The notes under the pieces were generated by a model. The model saw only the letters and a program-made list of their open reading frames with translations, was not told the DNA's origin and made no database searches. From Mycoplasmatota bacterium (GTDB lineage Bacteria > Bacillota_I > Bacilli_A > RF39 > UBA660): a stretch of 64,000 nucleotides of DNA. Made by a program: the position numbers and the translations under genes. Shown here piece after piece: positions 34,056 to 45,800 of the stretch. Location of the stretch: the NCBI GenBank assembly GCA_022771205.1, contig JALFCF010000003.1:133866-197865 (forward strand), given 5' to 3'. The first letter of the stretch is position 1. Each line of letters begins with the position of its first letter.

Positions 34056-35408
34056 ATGGATGATAAGGAAGAATTATCTTATTCATTACACTTGAGTAAC
34101 GATAAAAACAAGTCAAAAAAAGCAAGAAGAACAGCAAAAACGAATGACACTAACACTACTTCATTTAATAATAATGCAATACAAAATCATCAGCAATTAT
34201 CAAAAGTCGATAAACATAACTTACGAAAATATGATGAAGAACAAGAATTAATTTGCACGATTAAAGGTACTTCATCTATTGTTGAAGATACCAAAAATTT
34301 GTATTTAGGATTGTTTGAAGATGCTAGAATTAAATACAACGAAAAGCAAACTAGAAATGATAGAAAGATAGAAAACTATTTTAATCATATCTCAAATGAT
34401 AACAAAAGAGATCTTGCTTGTGAGATTATTATTGAACTTGGAGATATGGACTTTTGGGCAGATAAAGATGATAAATTTAAGCATAAAATGATAGAAGTTT
34501 TTAAAGAACAAATATTAGATTTGGAAGAAGTTGTACCTAACTTTAAAATAGCAAATGCCACCATACATTTTGATGAATCTTCTCCACATCTACATATTGT
34601 TGGTGTTCCTTTTAAAGATGGAATGAAAAATGGTATGGAAAAACAAGTTGGTAAATCTGATGTATTTAATAAAATAAGTTTAAAAGAAATTCAAGACAAA
34701 ATGAGAGTATATTGTATTAATTCATTCAATAGAATTTATAACCTTAATTATATTCTTAAAGTAAAAGAAGAAGGTAGAAATGTTGATATTAATGTTGCAA
34801 ATATGAATGAGTACAAAAAGTTTAAACGAGAACAGGAAAAATATAAAAAACAACTTAAAGAATTGAATAGTAAAGCAGAGGAATTACAAAATAAATCTAA
34901 TGAGATTAATGATATTATTGACAATTTAAAACCTACATTAATGAATAAAAATAACTACTCTATTTCAAATGATGATATTAATAAAATCAAAAAATATATA
35001 GAGCAAACCAATGATACTACTTCCAATTTAAGAGATGCGAATGACATAAATATAATCTTAAAAAAATATGAAGATGATTTAAGAGAACACTCTAATGAAG
35101 TTAGAAATTTGAAAAAGAAAATTCAAACTCGTGATGATAGAATTGAAGAATTAGAATATGACTTGAATGATGCCAATGAAACTATTGATGAATTAGAAGA
35201 TAAAGTATCAGAATTGCAAAAAATAGTTGGTTACTTTAAAGAACTATGGAAAAAGTTTATTAGATTCTTACAAGATAAGTTCTTCTCGAATGATAAATAT
35301 GATGACTTCATAAATGATTTATATGATGAAGATATACTTGATGAAAATGATATTGATATTATTCAAAATAATAAAAATATCGATAAAAATGATGATTTTG
35401 AAAGGTAA
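34056..35408 (+). CDS. MobV/Pre family relaxase
   Basis: HNLR and HFDESSPHLH motifs, coiled coil, acidic tail ending FER. Confidence 0.88.
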   Translation: MDDKEELSYSLHLSNDKNKSKKARRTAKTNDTNTTSFNNNAIQNHQQLSKVDKHNLRKYDEEQELICTIKGTSSIVEDTKNLYLGLFEDARIKYNEKQTRNDRKIENYFNHISNDNKRDLACEIIIELGDMDFWADKDDKFKHKMIEVFKEQILDLEEVVPNFKIANATIHFDESSPHLHIVGVPFKDGMKNGMEKQVGKSDVFNKISLKEIQDKMRVYCINSFNRIYNLNYILKVKEEGRNVDINVANMNEYKKFKREQEKYKKQLKELNSKAEELQNKSNEINDIIDNLKPTLMNKNNYSISNDDINKIKKYIEQTNDTTSNLRDANDINIILKKYEDDLREHSNEVRNLKKKIQTRDDRIEELEYDLNDANETIDELEDKVSELQKIVGYFKELWKKFIRFLQDKFFSNDKYDDFINDLYDEDILDENDIDIIQNNKNIDKNDDFER

Positions 35409-35481
35409 GATGTTAGAAAACATTGCATAAAATCACATTTTATGATAGTATAAACACCAATTTCAAAGGGGAAATGCTAGT

Positions 35482-36288
35482 ATGGAAGAAATAAAATCAA
35501 AAGAAATAGATTTATCTACTCTGCAAAAATTACAAAGTCAGGGAACGCAAAGTACAATTTATACAGATGGAGATATATGTTATAAATTTTTGGATGGTCT
35601 TTATCCAAATGAAAAAAGGGATTTGCACAGAAAGTTTCTTGATATGGCTGGAATAAAAATTGATAATGTTTTATTACCCCAAGATTTAATTATTGAGGAT
35701 GGTAGATTAAAAGGCTATACTATGAGATATTTTGCAAACTCTATGCCCTTATCAGATAAATTTTTAAAAAGATATTTTAATTGTAATGAATTACTTATCT
35801 ATGTAGAAAAAGCAAGTACAATATTGAGGAATATTCATAGTAATGGAATAGTTTGTCAAGATTTAAGTTTTGAAAATATATTAGTTAATGATAAAGGAAA
35901 TGTTACATTTTGTGATATAGATGGTTGTACTTATAAAGGACATACTTCACCATTTTTCTCTGTATTATTTAAAGAGTTCTTAGTTGATTATAGAAAGTCT
36001 AAAATTTCTACAAAAGAAGATGTAGATAAAGTATCAATGATTTTATCTTTTTATCTTACACTGTATGGAGAAGTATTGCAAAGAATAACAAAAAAACAAT
36101 ATCATATTTTATCTGATAATATTCATACATTAGAAAATTTGCGAGAAATTGCTAATATATTGGTTGATAAAAAATGTCCTATACAAGATATACCATATTT
36201 AGATGAAGTTATAGATTTAACTGATGATTATGAAATAGATAGAAAAAAGGTTTTAACTATAAAGCAAAAAATGTTTAGAAAATTTTAA
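35482..36288 (+). CDS. Protein kinase-like cargo
   Basis: GTQSTIY Gly-loop, K in CYKF, IH..GIVCQDLSFENILV catalytic loop, CDID in place of DFG. Confidence 0.75.
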   Translation: MEEIKSKEIDLSTLQKLQSQGTQSTIYTDGDICYKFLDGLYPNEKRDLHRKFLDMAGIKIDNVLLPQDLIIEDGRLKGYTMRYFANSMPLSDKFLKRYFNCNELLIYVEKASTILRNIHSNGIVCQDLSFENILVNDKGNVTFCDIDGCTYKGHTSPFFSVLFKEFLVDYRKSKISTKEDVDKVSMILSFYLTLYGEVLQRITKKQYHILSDNIHTLENLREIANILVDKKCPIQDIPYLDEVIDLTDDYEIDRKKVLTIKQKMFRKF

Positions 36289-36293
36289 AGGAG

Positions 36294-37007
36294 TTGAAAA
36301 TAACGTTTGGAATTAATGAAATATTAGATAAAGTTATTTCTAAAAAAGAATTAACTGAAGAAGAAAAATTTAAAATATTACGTTCTAAAAGAATTGATAC
36401 AAAGGTTGTAGAATATTTAATGAATAAACTAAATAATTTACATATTGAGGTGTTAGGTGAATATGAAGGTTCTTTGTTTGAATTAATGCCAGCAGGAAAA
36501 CTTGAAGGATGGTGTTGGCAAACAACAGAATCAGCAATAGTATTTTTAAACGATGATGATTATATTGAAAGAGGAAATCTAAGGTTTGATGAAAGAACAC
36601 CAGAATATTATCATTCATGGATATGTTTTAAGTTTGATGGTACAGAATATGTTTTGGATCCATGTTTAAGTTTTTTATGCAAAAAGAGTGATTATTCAAA
36701 AATATTTGAAATTAATGTAAAAGGAATAGTAAGTGCTAAAGCAGTAAGAGAAGAACTAATTAGACAAGTTAATGCACCTAAAGAGGAAGATAATTCAGAA
36801 GCTCATCAAGCATTTCAATCGTTTATGAAAAGTTTTATGGGAGAATCTTATGATAATTATATGGAAAGTAAAAAAGAGGAAGTTACAGTTCACGGACCAG
36901 AAGATGTAAATACTCCATTATATAGAAATGGTGCTGGTTATAAAACAGAAATTGATAATGGAAAAATCAAAAAATTAACAGTTCATTATTACTACACAGA
37001 TTGTTAG
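36294..37007 (+). CDS. Transglutaminase/papain-like Cys-His-Asp protein
   Basis: GWCW ... HSWI ... YVLDP spacing fits a transglutaminase-like triad. Confidence 0.55.
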   Translation: MKITFGINEILDKVISKKELTEEEKFKILRSKRIDTKVVEYLMNKLNNLHIEVLGEYEGSLFELMPAGKLEGWCWQTTESAIVFLNDDDYIERGNLRFDERTPEYYHSWICFKFDGTEYVLDPCLSFLCKKSDYSKIFEINVKGIVSAKAVREELIRQVNAPKEEDNSEAHQAFQSFMKSFMGESYDNYMESKKEEVTVHGPEDVNTPLYRNGAGYKTEIDNGKIKKLTVHYYYTDC

Positions 37008-37135
37008 CACCAAAAAGACCTAAAAAAGTATAGATTTATTTTTTAGAATAGTTTATAATTATATTAAGAAATTGATACAAATATTGTATTGATTACTTAC
37101 TTTAGAGAAAAAAGTTTGAAATAACTTTCTTACTC

Positions 37136-37275
37136 GCACCATTAGGGAATCCAGATGAACTTTTCCGGAAGGGAAGCACTTTAAATAGAAATCAATCCGT
37201 AAAAAGGATTGATTTTTTGTTGATATGAAAGGAAATGGTGAAATGATAAACGTTATACAAAAAGAGATACATATG
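37136..37275 (+). mobile_element. Stub of a third element (att copy 3, terminator, 5' end of the small ORF)
   Basis: GCACCAttagggAATCCagatGAACTTTT; terminator 37189-37218; MINVIQKEIHM at 37243 resembles MVNVIKQEVRM, then similarity stops. Confidence 0.7.
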
Positions 37276-37531
37276 AAAACGATGATGAATATGTATATGA
37301 TTATGATAGATTTACAGTGAGTAAATTAGTAGTAGTAATTGCTGTAGTTGCACCACAATATCTAGCTGAATATGGAAAATATGCTCTACTTAAAGTTGGA
37401 AGCAAATGCTTACGAGCGTTAACTTCGGCTGCGTTTGGTTGGTAATACTATTTACAATAATATAAAATTAAATTAAAATAAAGATAGGTAGCTACCTATC
37501 TTTATTTTAGAATAGAGGTGTTTGTTTTATT

Positions 37532-38233
37532 ATGGTATTTAGTAGAGATATGGTAATAATATTAATAGTTGTTATTACTTTCATTCCAAGTTTAATATTT
37601 TTTTTAAGTCGTATACTTAAATACAAAGATAATAAAGAAAAAACAAAAAAATACGCAACTATGTTGGCGATATTCTATGTTGTTTATTTTTCGATTCCCA
37701 TAGAGAAGATAGTAAATCAGCTTCCAGTAAATTTGAACAATATTGAAACTGCATTTAAATTTGATTACAATAATGTGTTTAATAAAGAGAGATATGACTT
37801 ATTATTTAAGAAAAAATATAAAAATACATATTTTGTAGTTGGAAGGCGAAATATTGTAGAAGCCTCATTGCCAGAAGAATTTAATTGCTATTATAAAAAT
37901 AAAAATGGATGGAGACCCGTCCTTGAACCTTTTACTTATGACATAACTTATGGGGAAAATGATGGATATGATATTTATTATTGTAATAATACTAAGGATA
38001 AAGTAACAGGGGTTTTTGTAACTACATTTCCAAGTTCAGAAGAACCAAAAAAAGGTCTAGAAATTACCGACAAATACAAAACAGAGTTTAATTATATAAC
38101 TGATGATAATAATAAACCAATAAAATATTTTAATAAAACTAATAAGATATATTTTGGAGTAATGAATCATAATATAACGGATGAATATTATATAAAAATT
38201 AACGGAAAGAAAATACAGTTAGAAAATAAATAA
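37532..38233 (+). CDS. Hypothetical membrane protein (2 N-terminal TM + extracellular domain)
   Basis: Hydrophobic segments; GAGGTG RBS. Confidence 0.7.
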   Translation: MVFSRDMVIILIVVITFIPSLIFFLSRILKYKDNKEKTKKYATMLAIFYVVYFSIPIEKIVNQLPVNLNNIETAFKFDYNNVFNKERYDLLFKKKYKNTYFVVGRRNIVEASLPEEFNCYYKNKNGWRPVLEPFTYDITYGENDGYDIYYCNNTKDKVTGVFVTTFPSSEEPKKGLEITDKYKTEFNYITDDNNKPIKYFNKTNKIYFGVMNHNITDEYYIKINGKKIQLENK

Positions 38234-38313
38234 CGCATTGTAATAAATCGCTAATTGTTTATATTACAATTTAATATTATAATAGTGATATTGATATTCG
38301 AGGTGAAGTAGTA

Positions 38314-38601
38314 ATGAATATTAATAAAGAGAAAGCGACTGTAGAAGACAATATATTAGACATATACCAACAGGAGAATCAACATAATACTTTTGGTTGT
38401 GTTATGCGTAAGGAAAACTCAACATATAAGGTCTATCTATATGTAGAAAGAAGTAATGAAGTTACCTCTAATTTACTTCTAAAAGAATTCCCATTAAATA
38501 AATAGAAAGAAGCAAATACATATTTTAATAAATTAGAAGAATTGGTTAATTTAAAAGATTTATCTAAAATATTATCTTGCGTAGCAAAAGAAAGTGCATA
38601 A
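38314..38601 (+). pseudogene. Small hypothetical gene interrupted by TAG at 38503
   Basis: Frame continues KEANTYFNKLEELVNLKDLSKILSCVAKESA* after the TAG, then a terminator follows. Confidence 0.5.
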
Positions 38602-38655
38602 ACACTTTCTTTTTTTGATAAATTACATATATGCTATAATAAATATATTAAATCA

Positions 38656-39147
38656 ATGAGGTGCCTTATGTCTAAAATTAGTAATGTATTAACGATGATT
38701 GAATATTTAAGTACAGGCAAAAAATATAGTATTGCGGAACTTTCTGAAAAATTAGAAGTCAGTCCTAGAATGATTAGAGTATATAAAGATGAAATAGAAA
38801 AAGCCGGAATTTATATTGATACCATAAAAGGTCCTTATGGTGGATATGTATTAAACCAAAATATAAATGTTCCTAAAAGATTTATTACCCCAAATAATAT
38901 TAATATAGAAAATAAGGAATTTTATAACTTAATTAACAAGGCTATAAAAGAAAAAAGAAAGTGTTATATAGAATATTATTCTAAAGATAGAAAAAAGTTA
39001 TCTACTAGAACAATCTATCCATATGATTTAATATTATTAGGATCAGAATGGGGAGTAGCAGGTTATTGTGAAAAAAAGCAAGAAATAAGGCATTTCTATA
39101 TAAATCGTATTAAACAAATTGAATTATTAGAAGAATTTTATAACTGA
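38656..39147 (+). CDS. HTH-WYL transcriptional regulator (short, no WCX domain)
   Basis: ELSEKLEVS.R.IR.Y..E.E.AGI....GPYGGY HTH; R...PYDL....W...GYC..KQEIRHF..NRI WYL. Confidence 0.85.
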   Translation: MRCLMSKISNVLTMIEYLSTGKKYSIAELSEKLEVSPRMIRVYKDEIEKAGIYIDTIKGPYGGYVLNQNINVPKRFITPNNINIENKEFYNLINKAIKEKRKCYIEYYSKDRKKLSTRTIYPYDLILLGSEWGVAGYCEKKQEIRHFYINRIKQIELLEEFYN

Positions 39148-39175
39148 CATATATATTTCCTCTTCTTCTGTTAAT

Positions 39176-39823
39176 ATGAAATTAACAAAGGAGAGAAAAA
39201 TTATGGAAGATTTAACTTATATAACAGGAAATTATGGAAAATATATTGCAGTAAAAGAGAAATTTGAAAGAGAAAATATTAAAATAGGTTATTATACATG
39301 TGACCTAGAAGAACCAGACATTAATAATATCCAATTAATTTCAAAAGAAAAAGCAAGACAAGGATATAATTTATTGGGTACTCCTGTCTTTGTAGCTGAT
39401 ACAGGTTTTTATATCGAGAACTATCCAAATAACCCAGGTTATCCTGGAGCATTCGTAAAAAGAAGCGGTGTCAGTTCTAACGTAGATAATCTCTTAAAAA
39501 TAATGAAAGAACAAGATAATAGAAATTGTTATTTCCTAGATTGTCTCACTTTCTTCGATGGAAAAGAATATTATCAGTTTTTTGGAATCAGCAAAGGAAC
39601 TCTAGCAACAGAAAAAAGAGGAAACGAAAATAAAAAAGCTAAATCAAATTTATGGTACGTTTTTATCCCAGATAATTGCTGTAAAACTCTTGCAGAAATG
39701 TCAGACGAAGAAAGAGAAACTCGGCCAGATAATAGAACAAGTGCAACTAATGAATTCATGGAATGGTATAAGACTAATTATAAAGAAAAAATATTAATAA
39801 AAAAGTATAAAAACAATTTATAA
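39176..39823 (+). CDS. Non-canonical purine NTP pyrophosphatase (Ham1/RdgB family)
   Basis: TGN.GK, DTGF.I....G.PG, F.P....TLAEM motifs; probable start MEDL at 39203. Confidence 0.8.
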   Translation: MKLTKERKIMEDLTYITGNYGKYIAVKEKFERENIKIGYYTCDLEEPDINNIQLISKEKARQGYNLLGTPVFVADTGFYIENYPNNPGYPGAFVKRSGVSSNVDNLLKIMKEQDNRNCYFLDCLTFFDGKEYYQFFGISKGTLATEKRGNENKKAKSNLWYVFIPDNCCKTLAEMSDEERETRPDNRTSATNEFMEWYKTNYKEKILIKKYKNNL

Positions 39824-39876
39824 CACGTATTATAAGCTAAAACAAAAAAATACTTTCTTTAATTAGAAAGTATTTT

Positions 39877-40299
39877 TTAATAGTCTTCATAATAATTAAT
39901 AAGCTTATCTATAGTACCATCTTGACTAATTCTATTCCATTCTTTTTGATATACAGATTTAGCAAATTCCTTATTAAGATAATCTATTTCAAACCGATCT
40001 CTTTGTTCAACTAAACTAGGATTATTAGTCCAAAGGTTAAAGTTACCAGAATGATTTAATCTTTTTAACATATATTGATAGCAATTTTCAAAATGCTCAT
40101 CAAAAGTAGTTAAATCTGGACAATTCTTCAATGATGTAGCCAACTGTCTTTTTGCTAAAACCTCAATATTAAAATCTCTATCCGAATCAGATAATATTTT
40201 TCCATATAAATTTCTTGGAGGTTCCTTACGAGATCCTCTATGATCTTCAACAGCTTCTTTCATTATATTAATCTGTTTATCATTAAAATATTTTTTCAA
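39877..40299 (-). pseudogene. C-terminal fragment of an HD-domain protein
   Basis: EAVEDHR.S...PR..YGKI.SD.DR present; the N-terminal HD part is absent. Confidence 0.6.
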
Positions 40300-40494
40300 T
40301 TCTAAATTACCTAATTAATTATAGCACATACTAATTAAAAATCACTAAAATATTACCAAAATAACACTATAACTTATAATAAAAAATTATAAAAAATAAT
40401 TTTTAATAATTTTTAATAATTTTTATTAATTTATTTAAAATTTATTTTATATAATGACACATAGATTAATAAAATCAAGAAAAGAGGTTAATTT

Positions 40495-42228
40495 ATGTTT
40501 CATCGTACACCAAAAGCACCTTGGAAAAAATATTATTCAAAAAAAGATAGACAAGTAGAAATCCCAGATATTTCGCTATATAAGATAATTAAAGAACAAG
40601 CTTTAATGAATCCTAATAATGTAGCGATTGATTATTTTGGAAAGAAAATAACTTATAAAAATTTTATAAAAGAAATCGATAAAGCCGCTAGAAGTTTTAG
40701 ATGTTATGGAATAAGACCAGGTGATGTAGTAACAATCTGTATGCCTAACATGCCAGAAGGAGTTATTTCATTTTATGCTTTAAATAAAATTGGAGCAATA
40801 GCCAACATGATACACCCATTATCTGCCGAAGAAGAAATAAAGAACTATTTAAATGAAGCAGATAGTGTCATGTTAGTAGCAGTCGATATATGTTATGAAA
40901 AAATAGAAAGAATACTAAGTGAAACAAAAGTTTATAAAGTCATTTTAGTAAGTGCTAATGATTCTATGCCAAAGGCATTAAGTCTCGGATATACACTAAC
41001 TAAAGGATTAAAAATAAGAAAACCAAAAAGTATGGAAGTTTATACTTTTTGGAAAGATTTTATTAAAAAGAGTGAATTATACAATTACGAATATGAAGTA
41101 AAGAGTAAAAAAGATATAACATCAGTAATACTACATAGCGGTGGAACAACAGGTATTCCAAAAGGAATTGTCTTAACTAATGGAAATTTAAATGCCTTAG
41201 CCTTACAAGTAAAAATAGTTTTTAAGGATATAGTTCCTGGAGATAAAATACTGGCTATTATGCCAATATTTCATGGTTTCGGTTTAGGTGTTTCTGTCCA
41301 TTCTGGATTTGTATTAGGAGCAGAAGTAGTGTTAGTACCACAATTTAGTGCCAAAACTTTTGATAATTTAGTAAAACGTAATAAACCACAGGTAATTGTT
41401 GGTGTCCCAACTTTATTTGAAGCTTTATTAAATAATAAAGGATTTAATGGCATGGATATGTCATATGTAAAACATTTTGTATCCGGTGGAGATAGTCTAA
41501 CTGAAAAACAAAATGATAGTATAAATGAATTTTTAAGAAATCATGGTTGCAATATAAAAGTAGAACAAGGCTATGGAATGACTGAAAGCGTAGCCGCAAC
41601 AGCCCTAGCTTTTGGAAAAGCAAATAAGCCATGCACTATTGGTATTCCATTCCCTGGTAATTATTTCAAAATTGTTGCTAAAGGAACTCAAGAAGAAGTA
41701 AAATTTGGAGAAGTAGGAGAAATTTGTGTATGTGGACCAACAGTAATGCAAGGTTATTACAATAATGAAAAAGAAACAAACCTAGTATTGCAAATTCACA
41801 AAGATGGTAACATCTGGCTTCATACTGGAGATATAGGTACTATGGATGAAGATGGAGTTATAACTTATGTTCAACGTCTAAAAAGAATGATTATTTCCAG
41901 CGGTTATAATGTCTACCCACAACAAATAGAACAAGTAATAGAAACGCACCCAGAAGTATTAAAATGTACAGTTGTTGCTATGCCACACAAATACAAAGTT
42001 CAAGTCGCAAAAGCTTACATTGTGCTAAAAGAAGGAATAAGTCCAAGTGGTAGCTTAAAAAAAGAAATAAAAGAATTATGTGAAAAAAATTTATCTAAAT
42101 TTTCTATTCCCTACGATTATGAATACCGTAAGAGTCTACCTAAAACTTTAATTGGTAAAGTAGATTACAAACAATTAGAAAGAGAAGCAATAGAAAAAAG
42201 TATAGAAATGGAAGAACAAGAATCGTGA
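40495..42228 (+). CDS. Long-chain fatty acid-CoA ligase (paralog 2)
   Basis: HSGGTTGIPKG, QGYGMTE, WLHTGD; clear paralog of 17130..18851. Confidence 0.88.
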   Translation: MFHRTPKAPWKKYYSKKDRQVEIPDISLYKIIKEQALMNPNNVAIDYFGKKITYKNFIKEIDKAARSFRCYGIRPGDVVTICMPNMPEGVISFYALNKIGAIANMIHPLSAEEEIKNYLNEADSVMLVAVDICYEKIERILSETKVYKVILVSANDSMPKALSLGYTLTKGLKIRKPKSMEVYTFWKDFIKKSELYNYEYEVKSKKDITSVILHSGGTTGIPKGIVLTNGNLNALALQVKIVFKDIVPGDKILAIMPIFHGFGLGVSVHSGFVLGAEVVLVPQFSAKTFDNLVKRNKPQVIVGVPTLFEALLNNKGFNGMDMSYVKHFVSGGDSLTEKQNDSINEFLRNHGCNIKVEQGYGMTESVAATALAFGKANKPCTIGIPFPGNYFKIVAKGTQEEVKFGEVGEICVCGPTVMQGYYNNEKETNLVLQIHKDGNIWLHTGDIGTMDEDGVITYVQRLKRMIISSGYNVYPQQIEQVIETHPEVLKCTVVAMPHKYKVQVAKAYIVLKEGISPSGSLKKEIKELCEKNLSKFSIPYDYEYRKSLPKTLIGKVDYKQLEREAIEKSIEMEEQES

Positions 42229-42809
42229 AAAGAAACTATTTTTGGTACAAACTATTTAAATTTATTCTCGGACCAATATATAAATTTTATTACAATCCTA
42301 AAATAATAAATAAAGAAGTAATACCAAAAAAAGGTCCAATTTTAATCGTAGGAAATCATAAACATATGATGGACCAATGTTCCATCATAATAGCAACAAA
42401 ACGTCCCATAACCTATATGGCAAAAAAAGAATACTTTGAAGGAAAAACATCCTGGTTTTTCAAATTAGTGGGTTGTATTCCAGTAAATAGAAAAATTCAC
42501 GATAAAGCTGCTACAAACGCTGCATTAGAATTATTAAATGCAAATGGAGCAGTAGGCTTATTTCCAGAAGGTACAAGAAATAAAACTAAAGAATTTTTAT
42601 TACCCTTTAAATTCGGTACAGTATCTATGGCTAAGAAGACTAATGCTACTATTGTTCCATTTGGAATAACTGGAGATTACAAATTTAGAAGTAAAGACTT
42701 AACGGTACGTTTTGGGACACCTTTTAAAGTAGAAAATATGACATTAGAAGAAGCAAATGAAAAGTTACGTAATGAAGTTGGCAAACTAATGAAAGAAAAC
42801 TTAAGATAA
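42225..42809 (+). CDS. plsC: 1-acyl-sn-glycerol-3-phosphate acyltransferase (paralog 3)
   Basis: NH...D, LFPEGTR; close to 18848..19453. Confidence 0.88.
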   Translation: MKRNYFWYKLFKFILGPIYKFYYNPKIINKEVIPKKGPILIVGNHKHMMDQCSIIIATKRPITYMAKKEYFEGKTSWFFKLVGCIPVNRKIHDKAATNAALELLNANGAVGLFPEGTRNKTKEFLLPFKFGTVSMAKKTNATIVPFGITGDYKFRSKDLTVRFGTPFKVENMTLEEANEKLRNEVGKLMKENLR

Positions 42810-42833
42810 GAAAATAGAGGTAAGAGGTAATAT

Positions 42834-45800
42834 ATGAAGAAATATATAAATATAGGAATAGATATAGGATCAACCACAGTAAAAGTTGTTGCAATGGAAA
42901 AAGATAAAATATTATATGAAGAATATCGTAGGCATTTTTCCGATACTAAGAAAACAGTTCATGATTTATTAGAAGAAGTTATCGAAAAGTTTAATAGTTA
43001 TAATTATAAAATCACTACAACAGGAAGTGGAGCTTTAGCTTTAGCAAATTATTTAGAGTTACCATTTGTGCAGGAAGTAATCGCTTGCAAAAACGCTATT
43101 AAGAAATATGCAGATGCCACAGATGTAGCAATTGAGTTAGGTGGAGAAGATGCTAAAATAATTTATTTTGATCAAACAATAGAGCAACGTATGAATGGTA
43201 GCTGTGCCGGAGGAACAGGAGCTTTTCTAGATCAAATGGCTGTTTTGTTAAATACCACAACAGAAGGATTAAATACTTTAGCCAAAGATGGAACAACAAT
43301 TTATCCTATCGCATCCAGATGTGGAGTTTTTGCTAAAACTGATATTCAGCCACTTCTAAATGAAGGAGCAAAAAAAGAAGATGTAGCTTTATCAATCATG
43401 CAGGCTGTAGTCAATCAAACTATAAGTGGATTAGCCTGTGGTAAGCCAATTAAAGGAAATGTAATATTTTTAGGCGGACCATTAAACTATTTATCTGTAT
43501 TAAAAGAAAGATTTATAAAGACATTAAATTTAAAAGATAACGAAATTGTAGAACCAAAAGTAGACTCAAGGCTTTTTGTATGTATTGGAGCTATATTAGA
43601 TGAGGAAGAAAAGAAGACTTATACTAAAAATGAATTAAAAAAATTATTAGAAAAGTTAGAAGATTTTAAAGAAAACTCATCATCAACATTAGAACCATTA
43701 TTTAAATCAGAAAAAGAATATAAAGAGTTTAAAAAAAGACATGATAAAGCAACAGTTAAAACAAAAGATATTAAAACCTATAAAGGTGATGTTTTTATCG
43801 GAATAGACGCAGGTTCTACAACAGCAAAACTAGTAGCTATAGATTATGAAGGAAACTTGCTTTATCAAAACTATAAATCAAATAAAGGAACACCAGTAGA
43901 TACCGTAAAAGATATGCTATTAGATTTGTATGAGAACTTAGGACAAGATGTAGTAATAAGATCATCAGGATCTACAGGTTATGGAGAAATGTTAATTAAG
44001 TCTGCATTTAATTTAGATATTAGCGAAATAGAAACAATCGCTCACTATGAAGCTGCCAACTATTTTTTACCTGGCGTGGAAAGTATTATCGATATCGGTG
44101 GACAAGATATGAAATATATCAAAATAAAAGATAATGCTATCGATACCATTATGTTAAATGAAGCTTGTTCTTCTGGCTGTGGCTCTTTCATAGAAACCCT
44201 AGCAAAATCTTTAAAAATCAATATTTCAGATTTTGTATCATTAGCAATAAAATCTAAACATCCAATTGATTTAGGAAGTCGCTGTACAGTTTTCATGAAC
44301 TCTAAAATTAAACAAACGCAAAAAGAAGGAAGACCACTAGGTGATATTTTTGCTGGACTTTCTTATTCTGTAATAAAAAATGCTATTACAAAGGTTATGA
44401 AAATAAGAGATTTAGATACTCTTGGAAATAAAATAGTTGTGCAAGGCGGAACTTTTCTAAACGATGCTGTATTAAGAGCTTTTGAAAAAGTGACTAAAAA
44501 AGAAGTAATTCGTCCTAATATATCAGGCTTAATGGGAGCATACGGAGTAGCTCTAATTGCTTTAAGAGAATTTAATCAATATGATGATCAAGATATAACA
44601 TCTCAAATACTATCAAAAGAAGAAATAAACAATTTAAAAATAAGAATTACTCATACAAGATGTAGACGATGCGAAAATCATTGTAGCTTAACTGTAAGCA
44701 CTTTTAATAAAAAAAGTTTTATTTCTGGTAATCGCTGCGAAAAGGGTAGTGGAAATAACGGTAGTAGTTCTTTATTACCAAATATGTATCAATGGAAATA
44801 TGATAGATTATTCAATTATAAACCAACCGAAAATCCAACCAGAGGAACAATCGGTATACCAAGAGTTCTAAATATGTATGAAAACTATCCATTTTGGTTT
44901 ACTTTTTTCACTTCTTTAGGATTTAAAGTTATTATCTCTGATAATTCTAATAGAGCAATCTATGAAAAAGGAATAGAAAGTATGCCATCAGAATCAGTAT
45001 GTTACCCAGCAAAATTAGTACATGGACATATCATTAACTTAATAGAAAAAGGTGTAAAAACTATCTTCTATCCTTGTATTATGTATGAAAACAAAGAATT
45101 TGCAAGTTGTGATAATCATTATAACTGTCCTATTGTTCAATCATACTCTGAAGCCATTAAATTAAATGTAGAAGAATTAGAAACAAATCATATTACTTAT
45201 ATAAACCCATTCTTACCATTAGAAAAGAAAAAACTATATAAAAGGTTTTTAGAATTAGAAGAATTTAAAACATATAACTTTACTAAAAAAGAATTAAAAG
45301 AAGCCCTAGATAAAGCAGATTTAGAACAGCAAAAATTTAAAAATGATGTGAGAAAAAAAGGAGAAGAATTCCTAAAATATATTGAAGAACACAACGAAAA
45401 AGCCATCGTTTTAGCAGGAAGACCATACCATTTAGATAAAGAAGTAAATCATGGTATAGATACAATGATTAATTCACTAGGTTTGGCTATATTGACCGAA
45501 GATTCAATTTGCCATTTGAGTGATATCAATGAAAAATTAAGAGTAGTTGATCAATGGGCCTACCATTCTAGAGTTTATCATGCTGCCGATGTGGTATCTA
45601 AATATGACAATTTAGAGTTAGTAAATTTAAATTCCTTTGGATGCGGACTTGATGCTATTGTTACTGATCAAACAGAAGAAATTCTTAAAAAGAATGGTAA
45701 ACTATACACCACTATTAAAATAGATGAAATAAATAATCTAGGGGCCATAAAAATTAGAATCAGATCACTAATAGCATCTATGAATAAAAGAGCTAATTTA

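Noticed and set aside
37005-37356. Other GCACCA hexamers (about 37007 and 37350) as att sites
   Set aside because: They lack the AATC and GAACTTTT arm at the conserved spacing.
40380-40450. AATAATTTTT tandem repeats as iterons or an origin
   Set aside because: Low-complexity AT sequence, only about 3 copies, with no rep gene nearby.
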